Of a DNA stretch of 64,000 nt, positions 26,491 to 39,700 are shown one piece after another (the first letter of the stretch is position 1; every line of letters starts with the position of its first letter). The notes under the pieces were generated by a model. That model was not told the DNA's origin. It did no database searches and was given only the letters and a program-made list of their open reading frames with translations. Made by a program: the position numbers and the translations under genes. Source of the stretch: Eledone cirrhosa (taxonomy: Eukaryota); contig OZ024740.1 in assembly GCA_964016885.1 (NCBI GenBank), positions 233,244,001 through 233,308,000 of the forward strand, given 5' to 3'.

Positions 26491-26939
26491 TGTTTGTGCG
26501 AGTGAGTGTTTGTATCGCTGTTTCTTCGTGTATATGTATGGGTGATTTTTTGGGGATGTGTGAACGAGATGCAGTAAAACTATGTAATAATCACATAAGT
26601 TTTGAAGAAAGAAGACAAGACAGAAATTGTCCCCGCCTTGATAGAAAGATAATTTGAGAGATCAGGATAGATAGAAATAGCTGTGATGAGGATATATTAT
26701 ACATAAACGAGGTACGATCAGAGAATATTAATGTAGTCTTCGCGTTTGGCAAAGGATAGTATTTAGATAAAGTTTTGTCGATGAATATCTACTATATATC
26801 ATATGCAATTATCTGTTTACGTGTGTAAGATGTTACACATACCTGCACACACACACTGACACACACACACACTCACATGCACACACACACATGCACACAC
26901 ACACAGATATACACATAGAGACGCATTTATATACATTAT

Positions 26940-27058
26940 GGTGGATTGGCAATATCGTAGAGGGTTGGACGCCATGCTTTGCAGCATAGAGTTACGGCCC
27001 TTTACGATATGAGTCCAAATCCTGCCGAGGTTAACTTTGCCTCTCCTCCTTAAGGGGC
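26940..27058 (+). mobile_element. SINE 5' half
   Basis: A/B-box head up to ctcctccttaagggg. Confidence 0.75.
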
Positions 27059-27059
27059 C

Positions 27060-27650
27060 AGCTGTTGGTGGTGCTGTGTCTGCTGTCGCTGTCCAGGCCC
27101 ACACGGGGTGGCACTCCCTTATACAGCGACTGCATTTGAAGATGCTCTCCTTCGGTGCTACTGTATCCTTCTTTTTTCGAGCAGGCATTTCCTGGGAGGC
27201 AATTTTCAGTTTCTCTTCTCCTCACTCCACCCCCTTGCGCAGTACTCATCTCCATCGAGGGCGATCATTAGCGACGCCCTCCCATCTCTTAATGTCCAAA
27301 TTTATTTACTTCATATCCATCCTGCACACGTGTTTGAAACGGAGATTAGTTCCTCGTGCTCTTGGCCGGTGGCCAGTTACCCATACAGTTGGTCTTCTGG
27401 TACCCTCCTGTCCGGCATATGGTGTACGTGACCGAGCCAGCGCAGATAGCGCTGTTGAGCAGGGTGTATATGCTGAGTATCTTGGCGTGGTTAAGGACTT
27501 CAGTGTCTGTAAGCTGGTCCGTCAACTTGATATCCAAAATGTGCTTCTTTCTGCCGCCCTTATTGGCAATTCGCCTCATGCTGTGAGTTCAACCGGGACC
27601 TTCGTCAGCAGAATGTCGAGATGTTTCTTGAAAACATCTACATGAACACC
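27060..27650 (-). mobile_element. RTE/BovB-like LINE 3' fragment
   Basis: ILDIK..D..TDTEVL..AKI.SI..LL, LRWLGHV, LYG, and terminal FKCSRCIRECH zinc-finger-like remnant. Confidence 0.8.
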
Positions 27651-28703
27651 ATATAGATCTATCAGATTTTTTGCCAGCTTATTAAAGAGCCGGGGTTTTT
27701 GAAACCTAGGCTATTGGCTCGCGTCTTTCTTGATCGATTTCCTATCCTCCACAAAATGGAATATCTACTCATATATCTAGGACACAATTACAGAAAGATA
27801 CACAAAAGCATTCGGATGCCATATCTGGTCATCTTATGATGCCATCCGTATGGTAGTATTTAGTTGTCTACTCACAATTTTCTGTCTTTATTCTCCTCAA
27901 CTCTGCACTTTCAATCTATTGAGTTATGCTCTTTGAAGTACAAGCCGGCCTATAACCGTGACGAACGTGCACTCGGAGAGCCTGATTTGCCTCGTGTCGA
28001 GAATTGGTAAAGTGTTGAACAAAATACCTTGTAGAGTTTGGTTACCTACCTTTATATTTAGGTTGACTTAACATTGCTTCTGCCTCAAATTTTGACATTA
28101 AATAACAGACAAAATACAAGCTCGATATGATCGACTAGTGTATATTCCACTTGTAGTGTATATTCCACCATGCTCAGACCAAGATGACAAAATCAGTTGA
28201 GGAATCAGTGAATTCAAGTGTACATATATAGCTATATGGCTCAGTTTTATTGAATTTCCTTCTTCCTGGTGATTGAAAACAGAGGCGAGTCCAATGTGAT
28301 TTGAACAGAGAAAGTAGAATAAACACAGTAATACATTGAGTTCTGTTTTATACAATTTCTGCCCCTTCATATTAATAACTACATGCAGAGTAAAAGAAGC
28401 AATTATAAAAGATAGTGGTGGCATTCTTTGGTAGTTATTTTGGCTTCAGTTCTCCGGTTTGTGAGTCTGAAAATAGTACTGGTCTTTATTAATAGAATAA
28501 TTGTTAGATTTGATAGAACAATCACTTCCTATATACAACATCACCTCATGTATCAACATTGTTCCTCGTGGCATACTGCTTCCTCGGGCAATATTTATCT
28601 CAAAAGATTTCCGAACACTCCTCCATATATAAGTGCACAGAGATACACACACACACCGCACAAACGCGCGCGCACCCCTCCCCCCACACACACACATATA
28701 CGC

Positions 28704-28763
<60 letters not shown>

Positions 28764-28768
28764 CTATC

Positions 28769-28820
<52 letters not shown>

Positions 28821-29169
28821 CATATATATATACATACACACAGACACACGCATATATATATAAATATATTTTTATATACATATACACCAGGCTCACTTGA
28901 TCACAAGAACAGACAAAATTGTACATATACATGCACATTCATAAACTCACCCCAACTCATAGACCCACATACATACACACGCACCCACACGATCCTCCTA
29001 CAGACACATGTACACATCAAAATTAATTTAGGTATCTGTGTCACAAATGTAAACTCATATACAGATATAAATGTGTGTGTGTGAAAGTGTTTATATTTAA
29101 ATGTGCCGGACCTTATTTGAATATAAATTCTAATCTATCAATTAATTGATCATCTTAATTCAGTAATCC

Positions 29170-29432
29170 AGCCAACACTTACATTTGGTCATGAATCTTG
29201 GGTAATGACGGAAAGAATATGATCGTGAATACAAGCGGCCGAAATGGGTTTCCTCAAGCATCTTTTGAATAACGCTACTCAATAGAGTGTGTAGCACGGA
29301 GATTGGAGAATCACTGCAGGTAGAGCTGCTACTTCTCTGAATTGAGAGATCACAGCTCCAATACTACGGGCATGTTAGAATGTCTCAGGAAAGATTCACT
29401 GAACAGATTTTACGAAGAAAACCAATCGTGAG
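29170..29432 (+). mobile_element. RTE (Expander-like) fragment
   Basis: Homologous to 10680-10945. Confidence 0.8.
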
Positions 29433-30306
29433 GAGAGTGATATAGTATTCTCTAAAAATATACATCGACTGATTAGCCTAATTTGCATACCGAGCGATTT
29501 GATGGCTGGCTTTTCCGAAAATTAAAATCAAAATCAGAATGTGCTTTTTCGCTCTAACATAGCGGTTAAGTAAATGTACTCGTGAGTTTTATATCGAATA
29601 GTAATAACATTCGATTCGTTAATAAGCAAACATCCTCATTACGCTATGTTTTTTTAGATGACCATCGCCATCCATTTGTTCTAAGAGTGACAGAGAGAAA
29701 CAACTGACAATATTGTTTCTGGGTTACTGCCCTTTGTTATGATTATCTATCTCTCTTCTGTCACTCATTAGAACTCTTGAGAATATCTAGTATTCTCTAA
29801 AGTACACATCGGCTGATTAGCCTGTTTATTACCGAATGACTAAGCTCAATACTGAAGTATGTGTATATTTTAGCTATATGTATGTATTTTCATATACACA
29901 TACATGTCGAGGCACACACACTCACACGCACAGAGAAATTCACTTAGACAAACAAACACACACACACACATATGTATGTATGTGTGTATGTATGTATGTG
30001 TGTATGTATGTATGTATGTATGTATGTATGTATGTATGTATGTATGTATGTATGTATGTGTATATGTATGTATGTATGTATGTTCTTCTGTTTTTATAAT
30101 TTCACAAAGTTTTACCAATAGAGAGATAGTCGGTTTCTAACATAGACACAAGACTCTCTCATTGGAATTTACACAACATCAACTAGGTAGATATGTATGT
30201 ATGCATGTGTAGATATGGATGTTATTGTATGTGTGGATGTGGATGTTTTGAGTTGTATGTGCGCATGTGTATATGCTTTGCATCTGTATATGTGTATATG
30301 CAGTTA

Positions 30307-32365
30307 TTAGATGCAACATTTTTGGAATGTTTTACATATTTTTACTGTTCCATTAATGGATTGTACTTGTAATTTCCTAACTAGTTGTGTTCTTTCTGTT
30401 CCTGTGAAGCCTAGCTTCTCAAGATTTGTATTGAGGCAGTTACTAACATATCCCAGAGCCCCAATAATCACAGACATAAATCTGAAGGTGTAATGAGGGT
30501 GGAGTATCTGCAGATTTCTCATCAGTTCTGTATAAATGTTCTCCTTTTCACTAATCTTTGATATTATATTGGCATCTGCTGGGCAGCTGATTTCCACTAC
30601 TGTACATGTTTTCTTCTCCCTGTCCCATATCATGATATCTGGTCTGTTATGCCTGCATTTTATTGGGGTTTTTATTGGAACATTCAACCAGTACTCTTTC
30701 ATATTATGTACATGGATGTCTTCCACATTGCTGTAGCTTTTAATGTGTTTATTATCGGGGCTATCTTTTTTACGAACTGCATTGTACAGTGTTTTGGCCA
30801 CTACATCATGCCTCATAGGTTGATAGTACCGCGATGACATCTTTGGACAGCTGCTGATGACATGGGTGATATCCGCGATGTTAGTTCTGCAGAGTCTGCA
30901 CTTGTTATCACATCTAGGTGTTTTGCCTGAATCCCTATCTCTATTGTGAATCAGGTATTTCGTGATAATCTCCTGTTCCTGGATTGCAAAAGCGTATCTT
31001 TCAAAGTGGGAGCCAATATACCGGTTGTTGGTCCAAGATAGACTACTTTCCTTATCTATATTACTCTCACTCTGGAGCTTCCTGGCAACATATCCTTGCA
31101 TGATGTTTTGCTGATAGGCATGCAGTTTTTCATCCATGGATTCACTGCGATACTGCTGAGCGACATCCCTGGGTGTGAGTTTTTGATTATCACACAGGGA
31201 ATATCTCTCGAGGAGTTCCTTCCCAACTCTCATGATCTTATCTGTTTCATGCAGATAGACTTGCTCGAGAAACGGGGCTCGAGAACAGAGGTTCGTAGAT
31301 GTTGTCGGAGAGATATGATGTGACATTCAAATATTGTCTGGACTGTTGTTAGGCCTCTGCCTCCCTGCTTACGTTTCAAGTAAAGGCGGTCTATGTCACT
31401 GTTGATGTGGAAGTTTCCGGTGTTGTTCAGTATTTTTCGAGTTCCAACATCAACTGCTCGGATTTCGTCTATCGTCCAATTGAGTATTCCAAACGTTGGT
31501 GTTTGGACAGGCACAGCAAACACATTGTGAGCCACTGTTTTGTTTAGCGCAGAGAGTTCCGATGTGCAGATCTTTCTTAATCGGGTGTAGTATTCCCTGG
31601 TTACGCGTTATTTATTACAGATACCATTATAGGATATGTTCTCATCTATCTCCAGGTATCTGTAGCAGTCCTCATCAGATATCGGTGAAACAGTTAGGCC
31701 ATTGATGACAATGTTGCTAGATTGGGTTGTTGCTTTTCCCGGCTTTACAGTCATATATGAGCATTTATCTTGGCCAAACTCCATTCCTATATCCTTTGAG
31801 AACGTTGTAACCAGGTCAAGATTTTTCTTCATCCCATCCATGTTCTTGGCATAGAGTGTCAGATCGTCCACAAAGAAATTATGGGTTAGGTTCGTATTTC
31901 TGTGAGCCAATGATGTATCCCTCACATTTCTTGAGCAGAATGGACAAGGGGTTTAATGACAAGATGAATAATATCACAGAGAGACTGTCTCCCTGAAATG
32001 TACCCCTGCAATATTTTATTTTATCAGTGAAAATAGAGTCCTCCTTCTCTGTCTTTAACCTTGGGATAGTAGCCCAAGAAGAAGACAGCCTGTCTATGGC
32101 TCTGATAATAATGTCTGGGACTTTAGCATCCAAGAGTGGGGAACAGAATCGAAAGCTTTCCTGTAGTCCACCCAGACTGTAGTCATATTCCTCCTAAGTT
32201 GTCGCACCTCCGACATCGCAGTTTCGTTGATTAGGAGTTGTTCAGCACATCCTCAAACCCCTTTCTTTCCAGCTGCTTGTTCATCTGTGATGATGTTATT
32301 ATTTTCAGTGATCTTGGAGGAATAGGTTCAGGCAGGCTGTATATATCTTATACATCAGGTTCTGT
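30307..32365 (-). mobile_element. R4/Dong-like non-LTR retrotransposon, 5'-truncated and frameshifted (RT, CCHC, RLE endonuclease)
   Basis: WVDYRKAFDSV, FQGDSLS..LF.LSLNPLS, HNFFVDDL.LYA, RLYL.R..GGRGL, CRLC...HVISSCP...RHD, HNRPDI..WD, EISCP, K...Y, IIGALG. Confidence 0.92.
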
Positions 32366-32494
32366 ATGTATGTATGTATGTATGTATGTGTGAATTTATG
32401 TATGTATGTATGTATGTATGTATGAATGGATGTATGTATGAATGTGTGTATGTATGTATATATCTATGTATGTACACACACGCACACACTCATA

Positions 32495-32546
<52 letters not shown>

Positions 32547-32562
32547 TGTATGTATGTATGTA

Positions 32563-32594
<32 letters not shown>

Positions 32595-33079
32595 TGTGTG
32601 TGTGCGCGAGCGCGTTGATATGTTGTTCGACCTCCGTTCTCACCGACAACGAGTGCTCCAATTGATTCAATCAACTGAGCTGCCTGCTGCTGAAATTCAC
32701 GTTTAAACAGTTGACCATTCTAAAGGCACGTGCATTATTACTGTAGTTCTCAGGAATATCCAGCATGGCACATGACAAATGTAACCCTTTTAATTACAGC
32801 TATAATGCATTCTTCTTAACTGGATAGGTTGAACACTAAATGAAACAACCTATGCCGTCCAGGAATCGAAGTCACATTCGTGAGACCAGCACCCTCATAT
32901 ACAAATATATATGTGGCTCAATTGCTGATCCTTGTGCCTCTACAAAATATAACCAACGATCTTTTAAATATTTGAATTACGCCTCAAATGGTTTTTCCAG
33001 AATAACTCTCAGATCTGTCATCGCAACCCACAAGATGTCATCCTGGCTCTTAACGCGAGGGCCTTTCAGTGGCACCTCA

Positions 33080-34290
33080 TTTTTGGAAACGGCTACTCAG
33101 AAAATAAAAAAAAAACATGTCTGGAATATAGGGGGCTTGGTAAATGAGCGAGATGTCATTGTTGACAAGAAAACTTAGCTGCGATGAATCGAATGAGATT
33201 GGAGACGGTCGTGATGCAACTGCTCTATTTGCAAGGCTCTTTCGACGAACTGCATGACGTGCTATGTTGCGCATTTGGCGACATTCGGGGATAAGAACTG
33301 GGACGAATTAATGAGCAGGGTGCCCACTCTCATCCAGAAATTGGCTGAAAGGAAGCTATCACTGAATGGTAGGGCGTAGCTGGTGAACGCACATATCGCG
33401 TCATTCCTCCATTCGCACCTCACCAAATTGGAACGGCTGCTCTTCAACTTTTTGTGGAAGGAACAGGCTCCATTGGGGAGGCGGTCCATCTGCTGTCAGC
33501 ACCCTCTATGCGGAGGGCTAGGCATGCCGAGGCTGATGATGCGCAAACATACGCTGAGGCTAAGGCATTGTCAGATATTCTGCCTAAACGATGAACAGGT
33601 GTGGTCGCCGTTTGTATGACAGGTCTTTCCGCAGCTCGTCTCTTCGAGAGAGCTGCAGTCCTGGGTCAAGAAGAGACCAAGACTCGGCGCCTGACATCTG
33701 GAATGTTGCCAAGCACTCTCTGCCCCCCCCCCCCCCCATCCCAGGCGGGCAATGCAGACAGTGGAAATTTCATTCACGAGTTCTTTACAGGATTAGTGCT
33801 GAGTAAGTGCGATGCAACGACGCAATCGGAGAAGCTCTGGTCGTCAATGAAATCGAAGTGAGTAGTCTGTTCCGGAGGACTTTCAAGCCGGGAACTATAG
33901 ATAATTTCCAGAAAACCTTCGCTTGGCAGTGTTAACGGAGGTCTGAGATAATATGTCCGAGTATTAGTGACTTGGAGTTATGTCGAACGGCTGTTATCGT
34001 GTGTAGGACGGATCCAACTATCGACTCTCTCCATAGTGAAGATCACCCCACCAACTTCTTTTAGCCGGGAAGGGCAGGCAGTTTTCCTGTCTGGTGGTTA
34101 TAGCGAAACAGGTTGTGTGGTGGACGTAGATGGAAGAGAGACCCATCAACCTTTTCAAGTTTCACTTGAAAAGGAAAGTAAGGGTGGAGGAAGAAGTGCT
34201 GCCCATCCCCATACATTTGCTAAATAATGGGCGAATGTGGCGAGAATGGACGTGTAAATGGGCCTATTCTCACCGTGCGCCAGTAGTAGA
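33080..34290 (+). mobile_element. Decayed Tx1/L1-like LINE fragment lacking the RT core
   Basis: RKLSL.GRA, LERLLFNFLWK...RRSICCQHPL.GGLGMP; homologous to 6855-7735. Confidence 0.8.
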
Positions 34291-34432
34291 AATCCTTATT
34301 ATCATTGTCTACACTGTGCTTAGGAAGGAAACAAGCCATAGTTTAACACCACATATAATATTTAAAGGGACGCACCATTTTATCGAGTGCTCAAGTAAGT
34401 GAAATAATAGTAACGTAAAGTTACAATCTGCC

Positions 34433-34514
<82 letters not shown>

Positions 34515-34748
34515 ACACACGCAAACTCATGTTTACGCACATGCTCAAGTATAGCTCTTTTTACAAAACGGTTTTTGTTCCATTTCAGGTAATCATCCAC
34601 TTTTCTAAAGAACAAATCATACACAAAACGCCAACACCAACAGTTTTGCAAGAGATGTCAACATGAATGGACCTGTTATTTTTATCTAAAGATATTTTTT
34701 TCCCATTCCATCCCGCCCGTCCCCTCAATCTATTTTATTTCTCATTTT

Positions 34749-34784
34749 TCTTCTGATGAAGGACGTGCGTCCGAAACGTTAAGA
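34749..34784 (+). ncRNA. Minimal hammerhead motif, PLE pLTR type, about 90 bp upstream of a (TA)n tract
   Basis: tctt-CTGATGA-a-ggac-gtgc-gtcc-GAAACGTT-aaga. Confidence 0.8.
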
Positions 34785-34869
34785 CCCTCTTCCTGCTATA
34801 TCAAGCGTTAACCTAATATATACCTTCCATATACTGTACCCATTGTGTTGTTATTTCTGTTTACCTTTT

Positions 34870-34967
<98 letters not shown>

Positions 34968-36046
34968 AGTACATATATGCTTACACACTTATATACACAT
35001 ACACACTTATAGAAACATATAAAAGCGTGTGTGTCTTCAGCTCTGTGGGGGTATTTTATGATATGATATTCTCAGTCAACATGTCTAAAGGAAAACCTTT
35101 TATACTTATATAAAAGAACTATAATTTTCTGTATACGTACGCACACATACATACATATATTATATTATATCATATTATATATATATATACACACACACAC
35201 ACATATATATATATACACACCACACACTCATATACATAAATACATATATATAATACATGTGTGTATTTTTACATATATATTGTGAGTATGCAAAACAATA
35301 GCGCCAGTGTTAGGGAGTTAGTGAGTCAGCTATGCAAGGCCTTGACTCCTGACTGATGGTGGTACCGCATCACTATATGCCACCAAACTCCACATACACT
35401 TTTAGGTAACACTAGCTGCAATACTACTCACCGTTGCCACCACTATTACTATCAAGCCAGCTTTAAAGATATGAAGAGCATTGTAAATTCTTACACATTT
35501 CTGTGTGAAAATATGGAACCACCCTCAAACATATTAACTAGCTCAAATAATGTATATATAAATATACATTTAACTGATATATGCATATATGGTGGCTGCC
35601 AACTCGTTTTCGAGTACGGCCACTACTTCATATCCATGTAGGAGAACCCCTACTGATGCGCTGAACGAATGTGACTTTTTAGTCCAGCCAGTGACTTGAA
35701 AACTCTGGTACAAACACTACACTTGTGACAATTATTGACACATAGTGCTGGGCCCATGGTACCATGTGACGACAAGTGCAGAGAGATCTCCAGATATAAA
35801 GCAATGCCTGTGCCGTGAAGCTTTTATAGTGAGCAAAGGCACTGCACAAAGCCAGTCCCACTCTCTTAACCAAGATGATATTTACCAAAAAGAAAAACAA
35901 GTCAACATCATTGGATACCATCATTGGATACCATATATACATATATACATACATACATATATGTATAAATGTTTAAATATATATAGACACACACACACAT
36001 ATATAAATAAATAAATAAATACATATGTATATATATATGTGTATTT

Positions 36047-36145
<99 letters not shown>

Positions 36146-36222
36146 TATATATATTTAAACATTTATACACACACGCAAGCACATATATATATATACATGT
36201 GTGCGTGTGTGTGTGTGTGTTT

Positions 36223-36258
<36 letters not shown>

Positions 36259-36746
36259 AGAGAAAGAAAGAGAGAGAAAGCGTTAGTGTATGTGTGTACT
36301 TGTATGTTTCTTTGTCTGTATGTGTGAGTGTCTGTGTTTGTGTGTATTTGTCTGTATGTGTGAGTGTTTGTGTTTGTGTGTGTTTGTTTGTGTATATTTG
36401 TGAGTTCATCATAGGAGAAATCTCATCTGTTTCCGTTCTTGAGAAGTAAGTTCTTTGACCAACATATGGATAACGTCACCTTATCTCATTTCTGTGTGCG
36501 AATGGCCTTCCAGCTCGTTTCAATTCCTATTAACCTAAATCTCTGTCCAGAATCAGCGCCGAATGGGGACATTTGATCAATGACCCATGATGCTTATGGT
36601 TGTGGCCCTGCCTTTTTAGGTGCCACACTGTCGTTTTGTTCTTGTTATTGCACGTTTCTATGAATTATTTTGTATTACTGCTGTGGTCGGCAAACTCGGT
36701 ATCAGTAGTATCAATTCCTCTGCCACTGACATTGTCTACGATTGCT

Positions 36747-39700
36747 TACAGGTCATTCCAGCGTCTCAACTGACGTCCATACAGATCATTCCAGCGTCTC
36801 AATTGACGTTCATACAGGTCATTCCAGCGTTTCAATTGACGTCCATACAGGTTATTCCAGCGTCTCAATTGACGTTCATACAGGTCATTCCAGCATCTCA
36901 ACTGACGTCCATACAGGTTATTCCAGCGTCTCAATTGACGTTCATACAGGTCATTCCAGCATCTCAACTGACGTCCATACAGGTCATTCCAGCGTTTCAA
37001 TTGACATCCATACAGGTCATTCCAGCATCTCAACTGACGTCCATACATGTCATTCCAGCGTTTCAATTGACATCCATACAGGTCATTCCAGCATCTCAAT
37101 TGACGTCCATACAGGTCATTCCAGCGTCTCAATTTACGTTCATACAGGTCATTCCAGCGTCTCAATTGACGTTCAAACAGGTCATTCCAGCGTCTCAATT
37201 GACGTTCATACAGGTCATTCCAGCGTTTCAATTGACATCCATACAGGTCATTCCAGCGTCTCAACTGACGTTCATACAGGTCATTCCAGCGTTACAATTG
37301 ACATCCATACAGGTCATTCCAGCATCTCAATTGACGTCCATACAGGTTATTCCAGCGTCTCAATTTACGTTCATACAGGTCATTCCAGCGTCTCAATTGA
37401 CGTTCATACAGGTCATTCCAGCGTCTCAATTGACGTTCATACAGGTCATTCCAACATCTCAATTGACGTTCATACAGGTCATTCCAGCGTCTCAACTGAC
37501 GTTCATACAGGTCATTCCAGCGTCTCAACTGACGTTCATACAGGTCATTCCAGCGTCTCAATTGACGTTCATGCAGGTCATTCCAACATCTCAATTGACG
37601 TTCATACAGGTCATTCCAGCGTCTCAACTGACGTCCATACAGGTCATTCCAACATCTCAATTGACGTTCATACAGGTCATTCCAGCATCTCAATTTACGT
37701 TCATACAGGTCATTCCAGCGTCTCAATTGACATCCATACAGGTCATTCCAACATCTCAATTGACGTTCATACAGGTCATTCCAGCATCTCAATTTACGTT
37801 CATACAGGTCATTCCAGCGTCTCAACTGACGTCCATACAGGTCATTCCAACATCTCAATTGACGTTCATACAGGTCATTCCAACATCTCAATTGACGTCC
37901 ATACACGTCATTCCAACATCTCAATTGACGTCCATACAGGTCATTCCAGCATCTCAATTGACGTCCATACAGGTCATTCCAGCGTCTCAATTGACATCCA
38001 TACAGGTCATTCCAGCGTCTCAATTGACATCCATACAGGTCATTCCAGCGTCTCAATTGACATCCATACAGGTCATTCCAGCATCTCAATTGACGTCCAT
38101 ACAGGTCATTCCAGCGTCTCAATTTACGTTCATACAGGTCATTCCAGCGTCTCAATTGACGTTCATACAGGTCATTCCAACATCTCAATTGACGTCCATA
38201 CAGGTCATTCCAGCGTCTCAATTTACGTTCATACAGATCATTCCAGCGTCTCAATTGACGTTCATACAGGTCATTCCAGCGTCTCAATTGACGTTCATAC
38301 AGGTCATTCCAGCGTTTCAATTGACATCCATACAGGTCATTCCAGCATCTCAACTGACGTCCATACATGTCATTCCAGCGTCTCAACTGACGTTCATACA
38401 GGTCATTCCAGCGTTTCAATTGACATCCATACAGGTCATTCCAGCGTCTCAACTGACGTCCATACAGGTCATTCCAGCGTCTCAACTGACGTTCATACAG
38501 GTCATTCCAGCGTTTCAATTGACATCCATACAGGTCATTCCAGCGTCTCAATTGACGTCCATACAGGTTATTCCAGCGTCTCAATTTACGTTCATACAGG
38601 TCATTCCAGCGTCTCAATTGACGTCCATACAGGTTATTCCAGCGTCTCAATTTACGTTCATACAGGTCATTCCAGCGTCTCAATTGACGTTCATACAGGT
38701 CATTCCAGCGTCTCAATTGACGTTCATACAGGTCATTCCAGCGTCTCAATTGACGTTCATACAGGTCATTCCAACATCTCAATTGACGTTCATACAGGTC
38801 ATTCCAGCGTCTCAATTTACGTTCATACAGGTCATTCCAGCGTCTCAATTGACGTTCATACAGGTCATTCCAGCGTCTCAATTGACGTTCATACAGGTCA
38901 TTCCAACATCTCAATTGACGTTCATACAGGTCATTCCAGCGTCTCAACTGACGTTCATACAGGTCATTCCAGCGTCTCAACTGACGTTCATACAGGTCAT
39001 TCCAGCGTCTCAACTGACGTTCATACAGGTCATTCCAGCGTCTCAATTGACGTTCATGCAGGTCATTCCAACATCTCAATTTACGTTCATACAGGTCATT
39101 CCAGCGTCTCAACTGACGTCCATACAGGTCATTCCAACATCTCAATTGACGTTCATACAGGTCATTCCAACATCTCAATTGACGTCCATACACGTCATTC
39201 CAACATCTCAATTGACGTCCATACAGGTCATTCCAGCATCTCAATTGACGTCCATACAGGTCATTCCAGCGTTTCAATTGACATCCATACAGGTCATTCC
39301 AGCGTCTCAATTTACGTTCATACAGGTCATTCCAGCGTCTCAATTGACGTTCATACAGGTCATTCCAGCGTCTCAATTGACGTTCATACAGGTCATTCCA
39401 ACATCTCAATTGACGTTCATACAGGTCATTCCAGCGTCTCAACTGACGTTCATACAGGTCATTCCAGCGTCTCAACTGACGTTCATACAGGTCATTCCAG
39501 CGTCTCAACTGACGTTCATACAGGTCATTCCAGCGTCTCAATTGACGTTCATACAGGTCATTCCAACATCTCAATTGACGTTCATACAGGTCATTCCAGC
39601 GTCTCAACTGACGTCCATACAGGTCATTCCAGCGTCTCAATTTACGTTCATACAGGTCATTCCAGCGTCTCAATTGACGTTCAAACAGGTCATTCCAGCG

